This document shows positions 28,810 to 38,262 of a stretch of DNA of 64,000 nt, piece after piece. A program made the translations under genes and the position numbers. Location: contig DMXO01000002.1 of NCBI GenBank assembly GCA_003482855.1, positions 112,114 through 176,113 on the forward strand, in the 5' to 3' direction. Origin of the DNA: Candidatus Magasanikiibacteriota bacterium (lineage in GTDB: Bacteria; Patescibacteriota; Patescibacteriia; Magasanikbacterales; UBA922). The notes below the pieces were generated by a model, which did not search any database, had not been told where the DNA came from, and was given only the letters and a program-made list of their open reading frames with translations. The stretch's first letter is position 1. Every line of letters begins with the position of its first letter.

Positions 28810-30834
28810 TTATTTAAAAACTATTTCACGTGCTTTTGTTTCCTCAGTATAAAATTCAAGTACATCACCTTCTTCAACACGTGTGTTACCTTCAAACTTC
28901 ACACCACACTCAGTTCCTCTCCCTGCTTCTTTTACTGTGCCTTGGCCTACTTTACATTCAGTGATTTTGCCAGTACCCATTACTACTCCTTCATGTTTGA
29001 CACGAGCACGTACATTTTTTATTGCTTTACCATCTTCTATCCTACCACCTACGATCATAGATCCTTTCTCTCTCCGGAAAATGGCAAGCACTTTCATAGT
29101 GCCAATTTCAGTAATAATTTTCTCATCACTCAAAAGTTTGCCCAGCTCTTCTTTGGCCCAATTTATTAAATCATAAATAATACTATACTGCAAAAAGTGG
29201 ATATGTTTTTCTCGCACGCTATCCTCTGCTACTGGCGTCAAATTTACATTAAACCCAATGATAGCAGCCTGTCCTGCTTCTGCCTTGTTCACGTCGTCTT
29301 CAGTGACATTGCCAAGTCCTTTACCCACGACTCTCACACCCACTTCATCATGTTGTATCTTACCAAGAGATGCAATAATGGCTTCAAGTGAACCAAGTAC
29401 ATCAGCTTTTACAATAAGATTAAGCATTTTCTTTTTTTCATCTTCACTATCTGTTTGGGAATCACTTATAGTCTCGCGCTCAGCACCTGTCTGTTGTGTC
29501 CTTTTTTTCCTTACATTAATCTCTGTTGCTTCAGCAGCCTTGCCTACATTGAGTACATCGCCAACCTCTGGAGCAAGTTTGAATCCTATAATCTGTACAG
29601 GTACTGAAGGACCTGCCACATCTATATTTTTCCCACTATAGCTCTTCATTGCACGCACACTACCATATATCTCTCCATTCACGACAAGTTTATCGCCTCT
29701 TTTGAGAGTACCCGACTGAATAAGAATTGTAGATACAGGGCCCATACTTTTGTCCACGTGTGACTCAATGACCGTCCCAACCGCTGGCATATGTGGGTCT
29801 GCAGTAATTTTGTCCGCATTCATATCTGCCACAAGGAGAAGGACATCAAGCAATTTATCAATATTAGTATTTTGCTTTGCAGAAATTTCGACCATAGGCA
29901 CGTCGCCGCCCCACTCTTCAGCCAAAATACCTCGCTGAGACAAATCTGTTTTTGTTTTTTGTGGATCAGCACCTTCTTTATCAATCTTGTTAATAGCCAC
30001 GACAAAAGGAAGTCTTGCCGCTTTAATAATATTGATAGCCTCTTCTGTCTGAGGCTTTACACCATCATCAGCTGCGACGATCAAAATTGCGATATCTGCG
30101 ACTTTCGCACCACGAGAACGCATCATAGTAAAGGCTTCGTGCCCTGGAGTATCAATAAAGCTCAATTCACGCTCAACCTGAGTCTTGGGATCCTTCCATA
30201 CTGTCTGATATGCACCAATATGCTGTGTAATACCACCTGCTTCAGTATCAATAATATTTGCGTGACGAATAGTATCAAGTAATTTTGTTTTACCATGATC
30301 AACATGCCCCATTACCACAATAACCGGTGCACGCCCCTCTGCATGTTCATCCATTGCCAAAGCTTCTTCAAGACTCTGAACACGTGCAGCTTCTTTTTGT
30401 TCATTCATTACTTTTTCTTCTTCTTTCTTCACTTCAAACCCAAGCTCATCAGACAAAATCGCCATCGTATCAAAATCTATATCCTGATTTTGATTTGCAA
30501 GAATACCATTTTTCATAAGCTCAGTAATGACTTGACTCACCGACATATTCAAACGCTCGGCAAACTGCCTCACCGAGAGACGCATAGGCAATACAACACT
30601 GTGACCCATTTGCTTACGTAATTCACGTTCCTTTATTTTACGTTCCTCAAGTTCTTTTCGTTGTTTTTCTTCCAAATCACGCTTAATAAATTTCCATTTA
30701 CGTTGTACCTGCTGCGCTGTCCTGTCATCTATCTTGATAGCTTTGGCGCCAATATCAAATCCATACTGCGGTAATATATCGAGTAAATCTTTGGTGTTGA
30801 TGTGGAGTGTTCGTGCTAATTCAGTAACATTCAT
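28810..30834 (-). CDS. infB: translation initiation factor IF-2
   Basis: [16 protein letters not shown] (G1), DTPGHEAF (G3), NKIDK (G4); 674 aa. Confidence 0.9.
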   Translation of the reverse strand: MNVTELARTLHINTKDLLDILPQYGFDIGAKAIKIDDRTAQQVQRKWKFIKRDLEEKQRKELEERKIKERELRKQMGHSVVLPMRLSVRQFAERLNMSVSQVITELMKNGILANQNQDIDFDTMAILSDELGFEVKKEEEKVMNEQKEAARVQSLEEALAMDEHAEGRAPVIVVMGHVDHGKTKLLDTIRHANIIDTEAGGITQHIGAYQTVWKDPKTQVERELSFIDTPGHEAFTMMRSRGAKVADIAILIVAADDGVKPQTEEAINIIKAARLPFVVAINKIDKEGADPQKTKTDLSQRGILAEEWGGDVPMVEISAKQNTNIDKLLDVLLLVADMNADKITADPHMPAVGTVIESHVDKSMGPVSTILIQSGTLKRGDKLVVNGEIYGSVRAMKSYSGKNIDVAGPSVPVQIIGFKLAPEVGDVLNVGKAAEATEINVRKKRTQQTGAERETISDSQTDSEDEKKKMLNLIVKADVLGSLEAIIASLGKIQHDEVGVRVVGKGLGNVTEDDVNKAEAGQAAIIGFNVNLTPVAEDSVREKHIHFLQYSIIYDLINWAKEELGKLLSDEKIITEIGTMKVLAIFRREKGSMIVGGRIEDGKAIKNVRARVKHEGVVMGTGKITECKVGQGTVKEAGRGTECGVKFEGNTRVEEGDVLEFYTEETKAREIVFK

Positions 30835-30939
30835 AAAGTCTAGAACGCCAAAATGCTTATAAAGCTTAGAGGCTAATATATATAATTAATGTGCTGAGAG
30901 TATACGTAATTATGATAAAAAAGTCAATGAAATTGCGAG

Positions 30940-31045
30940 GAAGGTGTCATTTAGGTCGGCGGTTTCTGTACCGCCGACAGCGACAGTACAATCCGACTTA
31001 GTCGAAGGTTTTACACCTTCTTTTCGCAATAAAAGGATCAAAAAA
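30940..31045. other. structured element in infB upstream intergenic region (nested hairpins)
   Basis: outer gaaggtgt/acaccttc stem enclosing gtcggcgg-tttctgta-ccgccgac hairpin. Confidence 0.3.
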
Positions 31046-31109
31046 CTACCACTCAAAAAAGTGATAGTGATTTATTATTTGGTAAATTTAAAATTTCCTT
31101 AACACACCA

Positions 31110-31238
31110 CTACTCGTCACCGTCTATACTTTTATCTTCTTCCTCAAAAACATCATGCAATTCTATATCAAATTCGTGTTCCAAAAATTGATCCTCATCA
31201 GAATGATCATCCATACCTCTATGTGTATGTGGCATCAT
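31110..31238 (-). CDS. possible small His-rich acidic protein (42-48 aa)
   Basis: GAGGGG SD 6 nt before ATGATG: MMPHTHRGMDDHSDEDQFLEHEFDIELHDVFEEEDKSIDGDE; below ORF-track cutoff. Confidence 0.25.
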   Translation of the reverse strand: MMPHTHRGMDDHSDEDQFLEHEFDIELHDVFEEEDKSIDGDE

Positions 31239-31259
31239 TTTTTCCCCTCGAAACATAAT

Positions 31260-32663
31260 TTACGCAAAATAGCGAGTGATTAATTCATTGACTTTTGTAT
31301 CAACATCATGAGATGTCAATGGAGCTGTCTGCCCAGACTTTTCAATCAATTCTATTACTGTATTTAATATATGCTTAATACCTGGAATAATATGGATATC
31401 TCTATCTTCAGCATAAGAAAACCTCACATAACCCAATCCCATTTTACCAAAATCTGATCCAGCCAGAGTCGCAATCCCCCGTTCGTATAAAAACCAACGG
31501 GATAGTTGTTTATCATTCTCAATTTTTAATTCATCCTTTACATAGGATAATTTTAGAATATTTGCAAAACTAGGATATAGATAAAAAGCACCTTCAGCTT
31601 CGTTGCAAACTACATATGGCTTAAGTAAATTTAAAGCTTCTGAAACAAACTGTCCTTTCTTTTCATATTCTACGAAATCTTTGTTAATCAATTCTTGCAC
31701 TTGCGTCTTGATACTCGGATATTTGAAGCCATCGAGTTCCATATCACCATAGATAGCTCCTGCCACAATCTGATTAACGCGTGATACACAACTCCATTTA
31801 TTGATTGCCAACCTACCAAAAATCTCTATTACCCATTCTGGGGCCACCACAAAGCCCAACCGCCAACCAGTCATGGCATAATTCTTAGAATAACCATTCA
31901 AATTAATAGTCCAATCGAGCATGCCCGGAATGGAAATAAAACTAAAATGTTTACGTCCACCAAACGTAATCTGATCATAAATGTCATCAAAAATCACAAA
32001 GAACTTATATTGACGAACAAGATCGGCCACAGCTTCTAATTTTTCTCTGCCAATCACCATGCCCGTCGGATTTTGTGGTGTATTTATCACGAGTAATTTT
32101 ACACCTTCATTTTCTTCAATCAGTTTTTGCAAATCTCCTACCCGAAACTCCAAAGTTTGTTTTTCCTCATCTTTGTATGCTTGCCAATGCAAAACTTGAC
32201 CATGATGATAAAACTCGGCCAAAGATTCATAAACTGGATACCCTGGATCTTGAACAATAATTTTGTCTCCCGGAGCAACCAAAACTTGCATGGCTAATTC
32301 GATTGGTGATTTACCAGCTGGTTCTAGAAGAATATTAGTTGGCTTAATTTCTACTCCACGCAACTCACTCCAATATTTGGCAATATTTTCTCGTACTTTA
32401 GGATAACCAGCAAAGTGGCCATACTTAGTTTGTTTGTCTTTCAAAGCTTGAATTGCAACATCAATAATTGGCTGTGGAGTCTTTGGGCCAGTATCACCCA
32501 CATGAAATTTATAAACCTGAGAAAATTTTTTTGATGCTTCAACGGCAATTACTTCTGCTCCAAAACCAAACGCAGTTTCTGTACCAAGATAATTGAGAGC
32601 AGGATTGATAGTGACGTTTGGAATTAAATTTTTGTCAGTGAGAAATTTGGGAAGTTGTGACAT
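31260..32663 (-). CDS. pyridoxal-phosphate-dependent aminotransferase, class I/II
   Basis: NPTGMV..., YSKNYAMTGWRLGF (PLP-Lys motif SKxxxxxGxRxG); ORF track start 32696 is TTG overlapping tkt stop; first ATG at 32663 (MSQLPK). Confidence 0.75.
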   Translation of the reverse strand: MSQLPKFLTDKNLIPNVTINPALNYLGTETAFGFGAEVIAVEASKKFSQVYKFHVGDTGPKTPQPIIDVAIQALKDKQTKYGHFAGYPKVRENIAKYWSELRGVEIKPTNILLEPAGKSPIELAMQVLVAPGDKIIVQDPGYPVYESLAEFYHHGQVLHWQAYKDEEKQTLEFRVGDLQKLIEENEGVKLLVINTPQNPTGMVIGREKLEAVADLVRQYKFFVIFDDIYDQITFGGRKHFSFISIPGMLDWTINLNGYSKNYAMTGWRLGFVVAPEWVIEIFGRLAINKWSCVSRVNQIVAGAIYGDMELDGFKYPSIKTQVQELINKDFVEYEKKGQFVSEALNLLKPYVVCNEAEGAFYLYPSFANILKLSYVKDELKIENDKQLSRWFLYERGIATLAGSDFGKMGLGYVRFSYAEDRDIHIIPGIKHILNTVIELIEKSGQTAPLTSHDVDTKVNELITRYFA

Positions 32664-32692
32664 AGAATTATAGATAATTGATATGCAAATTA

Positions 32693-34957
32693 TCAAGTTA
32701 AAATTTTAATTACCCTTTCTTTGATGTCACTTGCTGTCAAACCTGCAAGTTCATACACTTCGCTGACTGAACCAGATTTGAGATAGGTGTCAATCGCAAT
32801 AGTACGCTTCTCATAATCAGGCGGCAATAAAAACGGATACAGAAATCCTTTCCAACCAGCATGCAATGCAATTGCAAGGCTACGGTCCTCATCAGAAAAT
32901 ATCTTATGTGCTTTCTCTGGATTTGTCTTTCTCAAGTCCTCAAACAATTCAGGAGATGTGACCGCAACCAATTTCACGTCATACCCCTGTGCTTCTAGAT
33001 CAGGCAGAATATCAATGGTATTTTTCAAAACTTGCATTCCTGCGATTACCAAGGTAGTTTTCTTTTTACCATTATTTCTATAATCTTTAAAAATATATGC
33101 ACCATTCACTGCTTCACGCACTTCTGGGACAAATTGGCCACAACATGCATTCTCGCCTCGAACAAACACTGGTGTATCAGGACGAGCAACTGACAAAGCA
33201 ATAGGTTCACCTTTTTCAAGCGCGTAAAACAACATCTCCACTGTCTCGTTCGCGTCCATTGGTTTATAAACTTTGATACCTGGGTATGCGGTATACATAC
33301 TCATCCAATATAAACCTTGGTGTGTCGGGCCGTCTTCGCCAGTTTCTGGACCATCATGCGCAGAAAGTAATATAAAAAATCCTTTGTGTTCTGGATACAA
33401 ATGATTACCTATGAGAATAAGACGAATCGCATTGCACATCATAGAGCTAAATACTGCATATGATCCAAACACAGACACTGGTGCAAATCCTCCGGGCAGC
33501 CTATCGGCAGTCATCGCCGCGCCCATCATTGCCATATTTTGTTCAGCAATGCCATATCGAATACCGCGTCCATACGGATTTTTGCGGCTCACAACACCAT
33601 ATACATCTTCTGACTTATTTACCAATATGGAACCAGAAAGATCTCCTGCCCCAGACCAAAAAAATGCAGTCTGTTTCATGAGCCACTCAAAAAATGCTCC
33701 ACTTGCTTTGCGAGTTGCGGTATTTTTACCTTGTTCAAAAACCAATTCAGCAGGAAGCGTATCAGGACGTCGAATTGTTATAGGATTTACCAATGGGCGA
33801 TCTCCAAGTTTTGTCTTCATCTCTCCAACTAATTCCTGTTCTGTCTTGACCAAGCTCTTTGCAATATCTAATCTTTCTGAAATATATTCTGCGACTTCAC
33901 TTGTGAGCTGCGAAAGTACATGTTCAATATCTTTTGAAGCCTCGCCTTGTACACCAGGAATATCAAACCTCAAGCTCTTCATCACCTGCACATAATCATC
34001 ATGTTTTGCCGGAGCACCATGAGATTTGTGAGTACCTTCTACAACACCATAGCATTTTCCTTTGAGCGTATGTGCAACAACGACAGTCGGATTTCCATTA
34101 TCAAATATTTTTTGTTCTGCCAGTCTATATGCATATATACACTCAAGTATATTATGTCCATCTATTTCTATCACATTCCAACCAAGCCCAAGCCAATGAT
34201 TAATCATAGGACTACTAACCACTTCTTCAATAAGCCCATCTATACCATTATGATTATAATCAAATGCGACAATCATATTGTCAGCTCCAACTGTGTGCAA
34301 TATATTACGTGCTTCATACGTCATACCCTCCTCACTTTCAGCGTCTCCCATAAATGCCCACACATTGGTAGACAGACCCGATGATTTGTGCACGATGGCC
34401 ATACCACCAGCAGAGGGCATACCATGTCCTGAAGGACCTGTAGCTATATCACTCAAGGGATAATAATTTTCAATATGGCCTTGTGGACCATCATGCCGCC
34501 TAAAACGAGGAAGATCATCTGCCATAACTGCACGTAATTTTTTAGCATCAAATCCTTGACCAACTTTTTTCAAAGATTCATACAAAACAGTCAAACCTGC
34601 ATAAAGACCTGGAGAGCAATGCCCTGCCGACCACACCAGTCTATCTCTGCCAGGATTCTTGGGGTCAAGAGGATCAAAGGCAAATGCGCCACCAAGTATC
34701 ATGCCAAAAAACTGCTCTACCTTGCCTGATGAACCACCAGGATGACCTGATTGTGAAGCTTCAAGCATTGAAAAAATAAAACCACGCATAATACGCGCAG
34801 CTTCATTAAGTTTGTCAACGTCAATCCCTTCCAAAGGGGTCAAATCTAAATTTTGCAGTTTTAAATAGCTTCCACCTTTCATCTCATGATTAAAACGCTC
34901 AGGCTGATTCGCCTTGAGCTTGTCGACCTCCTCTTTATTCAACAAATTATATGACAT
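32693..34957 (-). CDS. tkt: transketolase
   Basis: SQSGHPGGSSG...DRLVWSAGHCSPGLY TPP-binding N-terminal motifs; 754 aa. Confidence 0.75.
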   Translation of the reverse strand: MSYNLLNKEEVDKLKANQPERFNHEMKGGSYLKLQNLDLTPLEGIDVDKLNEAARIMRGFIFSMLEASQSGHPGGSSGKVEQFFGMILGGAFAFDPLDPKNPGRDRLVWSAGHCSPGLYAGLTVLYESLKKVGQGFDAKKLRAVMADDLPRFRRHDGPQGHIENYYPLSDIATGPSGHGMPSAGGMAIVHKSSGLSTNVWAFMGDAESEEGMTYEARNILHTVGADNMIVAFDYNHNGIDGLIEEVVSSPMINHWLGLGWNVIEIDGHNILECIYAYRLAEQKIFDNGNPTVVVAHTLKGKCYGVVEGTHKSHGAPAKHDDYVQVMKSLRFDIPGVQGEASKDIEHVLSQLTSEVAEYISERLDIAKSLVKTEQELVGEMKTKLGDRPLVNPITIRRPDTLPAELVFEQGKNTATRKASGAFFEWLMKQTAFFWSGAGDLSGSILVNKSEDVYGVVSRKNPYGRGIRYGIAEQNMAMMGAAMTADRLPGGFAPVSVFGSYAVFSSMMCNAIRLILIGNHLYPEHKGFFILLSAHDGPETGEDGPTHQGLYWMSMYTAYPGIKVYKPMDANETVEMLFYALEKGEPIALSVARPDTPVFVRGENACCGQFVPEVREAVNGAYIFKDYRNNGKKKTTLVIAGMQVLKNTIDILPDLEAQGYDVKLVAVTSPELFEDLRKTNPEKAHKIFSDEDRSLAIALHAGWKGFLYPFLLPPDYEKRTIAIDTYLKSGSVSEVYELAGLTASDIKERVIKILT

Positions 34958-35042
34958 ACATATACAAATTATAATTTTAGCCTAATGAGTATATCACTTC
35001 AAACGCGCGTTGTGCAAGGGTAAAAAATGGGCAAAAAATTAG

Positions 35043-35984
35043 TTATGGACTTTTAATTTTATGGGCTTTTGGATACTTTATCCCCAACACAATATACCCC
35101 TGACTCTCTACCCATCTACCTACGGTAAGCATCTCAACCAATCCATACAATTCCCAAAACGCAGTTGAAAATGGGTGTGTCTTTTGTTTAATCCAAAAAA
35201 ATATCTTGTTAAAAAATTTAAGTATAGGAAAATTTTTCTGATGTTGCAAGGCATCGTATAATTCATCGGGGTGGGCAAAAAACTTAGCCCAAAAAGTAGA
35301 GTACATTCTTTTTATATCAAACCCAGCCTCATACAATAGTGCCCTAAGCTCATGTTTGCTATACAATGAAATGTGAAACTCGGCATGTGGATCAATATTT
35401 AGTCCACGCTTCAAAAGACAATTTCGTATCCATGCATGCTTTCCCAATTTTGATTCACTAAACATGGCAAGCCTACCACCAGGTCTTAAGACACGATACA
35501 ATTCATCAAGCCACGCAGGTACATCGCGTACATGACCAAGAACATCTGACGTATATACGACATCAAATGATTCGTCTTCAAACGGCAAACGCTTCCCGTC
35601 GTAATGCTGAAACTCAGCCCACACACCATATTCTTTGACCCGCTTCCGTGCTACATCTATTTGCATAGCAATGACATCTACTCCCACGACTTCGACACGC
35701 TTGCCCCACAACTTCTTCATTTCAATAACAGATGCGCCAGTACCACACCCAACATCAAGTATTCGCACATGTGCTCCCGTACTTTTGTGCTTGACTGCTT
35801 TTGTGATAAATCGGTAGAGCAAAAATTTTTTTGGAAAGAAAAACAATTTAAAAAGGTCCTTCCATGTAGCCATCTCTCCCGTGATGACCGGTCGTGCATC
35901 CCAAAATTCAGTATGTGTCCCTTCTATTACTCCCCAGCCTTTGGTTGTTGAATTTTTTTCGTTCATATGAGAGTATTGTATCAT
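35043..35984 (-). CDS. class I SAM-dependent methyltransferase
   Basis: ILDVGCGTGASVIEMKK...VLRPGGRL. Confidence 0.8.
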   Translation of the reverse strand: MIQYSHMNEKNSTTKGWGVIEGTHTEFWDARPVITGEMATWKDLFKLFFFPKKFLLYRFITKAVKHKSTGAHVRILDVGCGTGASVIEMKKLWGKRVEVVGVDVIAMQIDVARKRVKEYGVWAEFQHYDGKRLPFEDESFDVVYTSDVLGHVRDVPAWLDELYRVLRPGGRLAMFSESKLGKHAWIRNCLLKRGLNIDPHAEFHISLYSKHELRALLYEAGFDIKRMYSTFWAKFFAHPDELYDALQHQKNFPILKFFNKIFFWIKQKTHPFSTAFWELYGLVEMLTVGRWVESQGYIVLGIKYPKAHKIKSP

Positions 35985-36076
35985 ATTAGAGTACTTGGTT
36001 CATAGTTAATAGTTCTTGGTTCGGGGTTTATAAAATTGTAAAATAAAAAAAGCCTTTTTCAAAAAGCTTTTCCTTT

Positions 36077-36131
36077 CCGCCGGCCCACTTGGAGCGAAGA
36101 ACCGAAGTCCTTGCTACAAGTGGGCCGGCGG
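36077..36131 (-). terminator. strong GC-rich stem-loop (15-bp perfect stem) immediately after small Cys-rich ORF
   Basis: ccgccggcccacttg-N25-caagtgggccggcgg, followed on minus strand by U-rich tract. Confidence 0.5.
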
Positions 36132-36133
36132 GG

Positions 36134-36313
36134 TCAGCGTCCGGCGTCGGCGCCGCAGTGGCCGCAGTCGTCAGCCGTCTCGCACTCACCCGAGACGTAG
36201 GCCTCCACGCAGGCCGGCTCGATGCCAGAGCCCATGATCTTGTCCCAGGCCATCCACACGATGGCGGCCGGGACGAGCGCTACACGACGCCAGGTCCAAC
36301 GGAATTCCTCCAC
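36134..36313 (-). CDS. small Cys-rich protein (59 aa) in high-GC island
   Basis: AGGAGG SD 5 nt before GTG; VEEFRWTWRRVALVPAAIVWMAWDKIMGSGIEPACVEAYVSGECETADDCGHCGADAGR (N-terminal hydrophobic helix, 5 Cys in C-terminal 25 aa); ~65% GC vs ~37% for surroundings. Confidence 0.35.
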   Translation of the reverse strand: MEEFRWTWRRVALVPAAIVWMAWDKIMGSGIEPACVEAYVSGECETADDCGHCGADAGR

Positions 36314-36379
36314 GGTCTCCTCCTTTCGCGCCTCCTACTGGCGCGTAATCCAGCTATTGCATACACGAAAAAACATATT

Positions 36380-37099
36380 ATGTCAACCCTCCATTCAGGT
36401 TTTCTCCTCATCAACAAACCAAAAAACTGGACCAGCCATGATGTCGTGGCTTATGTTAGAAACATTGCACGAAAAGCTACTGGAGAGAGAAAAATACGTG
36501 TAGGACATGCAGGAACGCTTGATCCATTTGCTACTGGTCTTCTCATTGTCGGTGTTGGACGCGAAGCAACAAAAAGGCTAGATGAATTCAAATCATTGTC
36601 AAAAACATACATTGCAACACTCAGATGTGGAGCGACAAGCAATACCTACGATAGTACTGGAATAATTCAACAATGTAACAATGAAACAATGAAGCAATTA
36701 TCAACAAAACTAACCCTAAAAAAAATACATATTGTTGTACAATCGTTTCTTGGTAAACAAAATCAAACCCCTCCCATGTACTCTGCAAAAAAAATAAATG
36801 GTAAAAAATTATATGAACTCGCGCGAAAAGGAATAGAGATTAAACGAAAATCAAATGAAATTGAGATATTGGATATTAAGATATTAGAATATTCATGGCC
36901 GACACTGACTATTGAAGTACAATGTTCTTCAGGGACGTATATCCGTACGCTTGCACACGACATCGGTCAAAAACTTGACTGCGGTGCGTACTGTGAAGAA
37001 TTGGAACGCACGAGCATCGGGGAATATAAAATTGAAAACACGGTTGATCCCAAAAAAATTACAAGGGAAAATATAGAATCTCTCATCATGAAATTATAA
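36380..37099 (+). CDS. truB: tRNA pseudouridine(55) synthase
   Basis: LLINKPKNWTSHDVV...GHAGTLDPFATGLL (catalytic Asp); start at ATG 36380 (MSTLHSG); the ORF-track N-terminal extension from 36089 is high-GC read-through of a foreign-looking island. Confidence 0.85.
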   Translation: MSTLHSGFLLINKPKNWTSHDVVAYVRNIARKATGERKIRVGHAGTLDPFATGLLIVGVGREATKRLDEFKSLSKTYIATLRCGATSNTYDSTGIIQQCNNETMKQLSTKLTLKKIHIVVQSFLGKQNQTPPMYSAKKINGKKLYELARKGIEIKRKSNEIEILDIKILEYSWPTLTIEVQCSSGTYIRTLAHDIGQKLDCGAYCEELERTSIGEYKIENTVDPKKITRENIESLIMKL

Positions 37100-37123
37100 A
37101 TCTGGAACAAAAATTGACCAAAC

Positions 37124-37160
37124 AACCACCCGATTACTCGTGGTGGTTTTATTTATTCGG
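37124..37160 (+). terminator. rho-independent terminator after truB
   Basis: aaccacc-cgattactc-gtggtgg followed by TTTTATTTATT. Confidence 0.5.
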
Positions 37161-37210
37161 CCTAGCCCCGAATTATCGGGCTGAAGATGGATTGACAAAA
37201 ACAAAAATCT

Positions 37211-37762
37211 ATGTTAGATTCGAACGTCCGTTTGCCGACTTTTCCCGATGGCGACGGACAAAGGAAAAAAGTGTATTTCACAACGAAAGGCTTGCTATTC
37301 TGGGTTGACGACGACCAGTACGACATGGAGGAAACACTCTACGTGCTCCTCCCGGATGGCAGGCAGATCGATGCGGGTCTCCTCCTCCAAGAGGAGGACG
37401 ATGAGAATCAGAAAGTGATCGTCGATCTCGACAAAATCACTGACGAAGATCCCCATGCTCCAGTCTACGTTGGGGGAATTATGGCCACCTTGGTCGGGTT
37501 GGCCGAGACGCCCGTCGACATCGTCGAGAAGATGAACGACGGACGTGGGCAGTACTCCTTCCAGGTTACACTTTCGAACCCGTATGACCTCGCACTCCTG
37601 CGCATGGTCGCGAAGGCCATGTGTCATGGAGGTGTCGAGATCATCCACGCGGACTCTCTCGACAGGGAGCTGGGCTCTGATCCTCTTGCGACAGTCGATG
37701 ACATCCTCATCGCCCCCGAGGTCAGCGTGCCGACGCCCGAAGAGCTCGACGACAACAGGTGA
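37211..37762 (+). CDS. hypothetical acidic protein (183 aa) in high-GC island
   Basis: long ORF with ~60% GC and GC3-rich codon usage unlike neighbours; no SD seen; start uncertain. Confidence 0.4.
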   Translation: MLDSNVRLPTFPDGDGQRKKVYFTTKGLLFWVDDDQYDMEETLYVLLPDGRQIDAGLLLQEEDDENQKVIVDLDKITDEDPHAPVYVGGIMATLVGLAETPVDIVEKMNDGRGQYSFQVTLSNPYDLALLRMVAKAMCHGGVEIIHADSLDRELGSDPLATVDDILIAPEVSVPTPEELDDNR

Positions 37763-37951
37763 GACTCATCGCGGGCCCAAGTGACTCCGCGACTGACCTG
37801 CGACATATCGAGCAGAACTACACGAATCCGAGGACGCGCGACTTCTTCGCGCCTGGCGCACACGCGTCCTCGGGTTCATCACATCAAACTGCATACCAGT
37901 TTGTTTTTATTTATCCACACCCATTTGCTTTAGACTAGCGAAATACAAAGA

Positions 37952-37980
37952 TTGACAAAAGCACTAAAACCTGCTACACT
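37952..37980 (+). promoter_or_regulatory. putative sigma70-type promoter upstream of rny
   Basis: TTGACA-17 nt-TACACT. Confidence 0.35.
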
Positions 37981-38262
37981 CAATACGCATTTCAATATAT
38001 AGGTTCGAGAGTTACACGTATGCAAGAGATATGAATGCAAGCTATACTATTATCAAACTTCGCTAAATTATGAGAAAAAAGGAATTAAAAATTCAAAACC
38101 TTTCTTTTTCATATAGTGTATTTCTTTCTAAAAATACATCTATAGCACCTCTCAAATAGTACGAGATCCAAAATCTCGAGCTTCTTCGTGTCATCATATA
38201 CATGTCAAACTCTCAATACTAGAGTAATTTTATTTTAATCTAAACGTAATTAATATACATGT

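Noticed and set aside
36089-36379. ORF-track N-terminal extension of truB (36089..37099) through the high-GC island
   Set aside because: It starts at a TTG inside a GC-rich hairpin. High-GC DNA is open in most frames. The conserved TruB N-terminus begins at ATG 36380.
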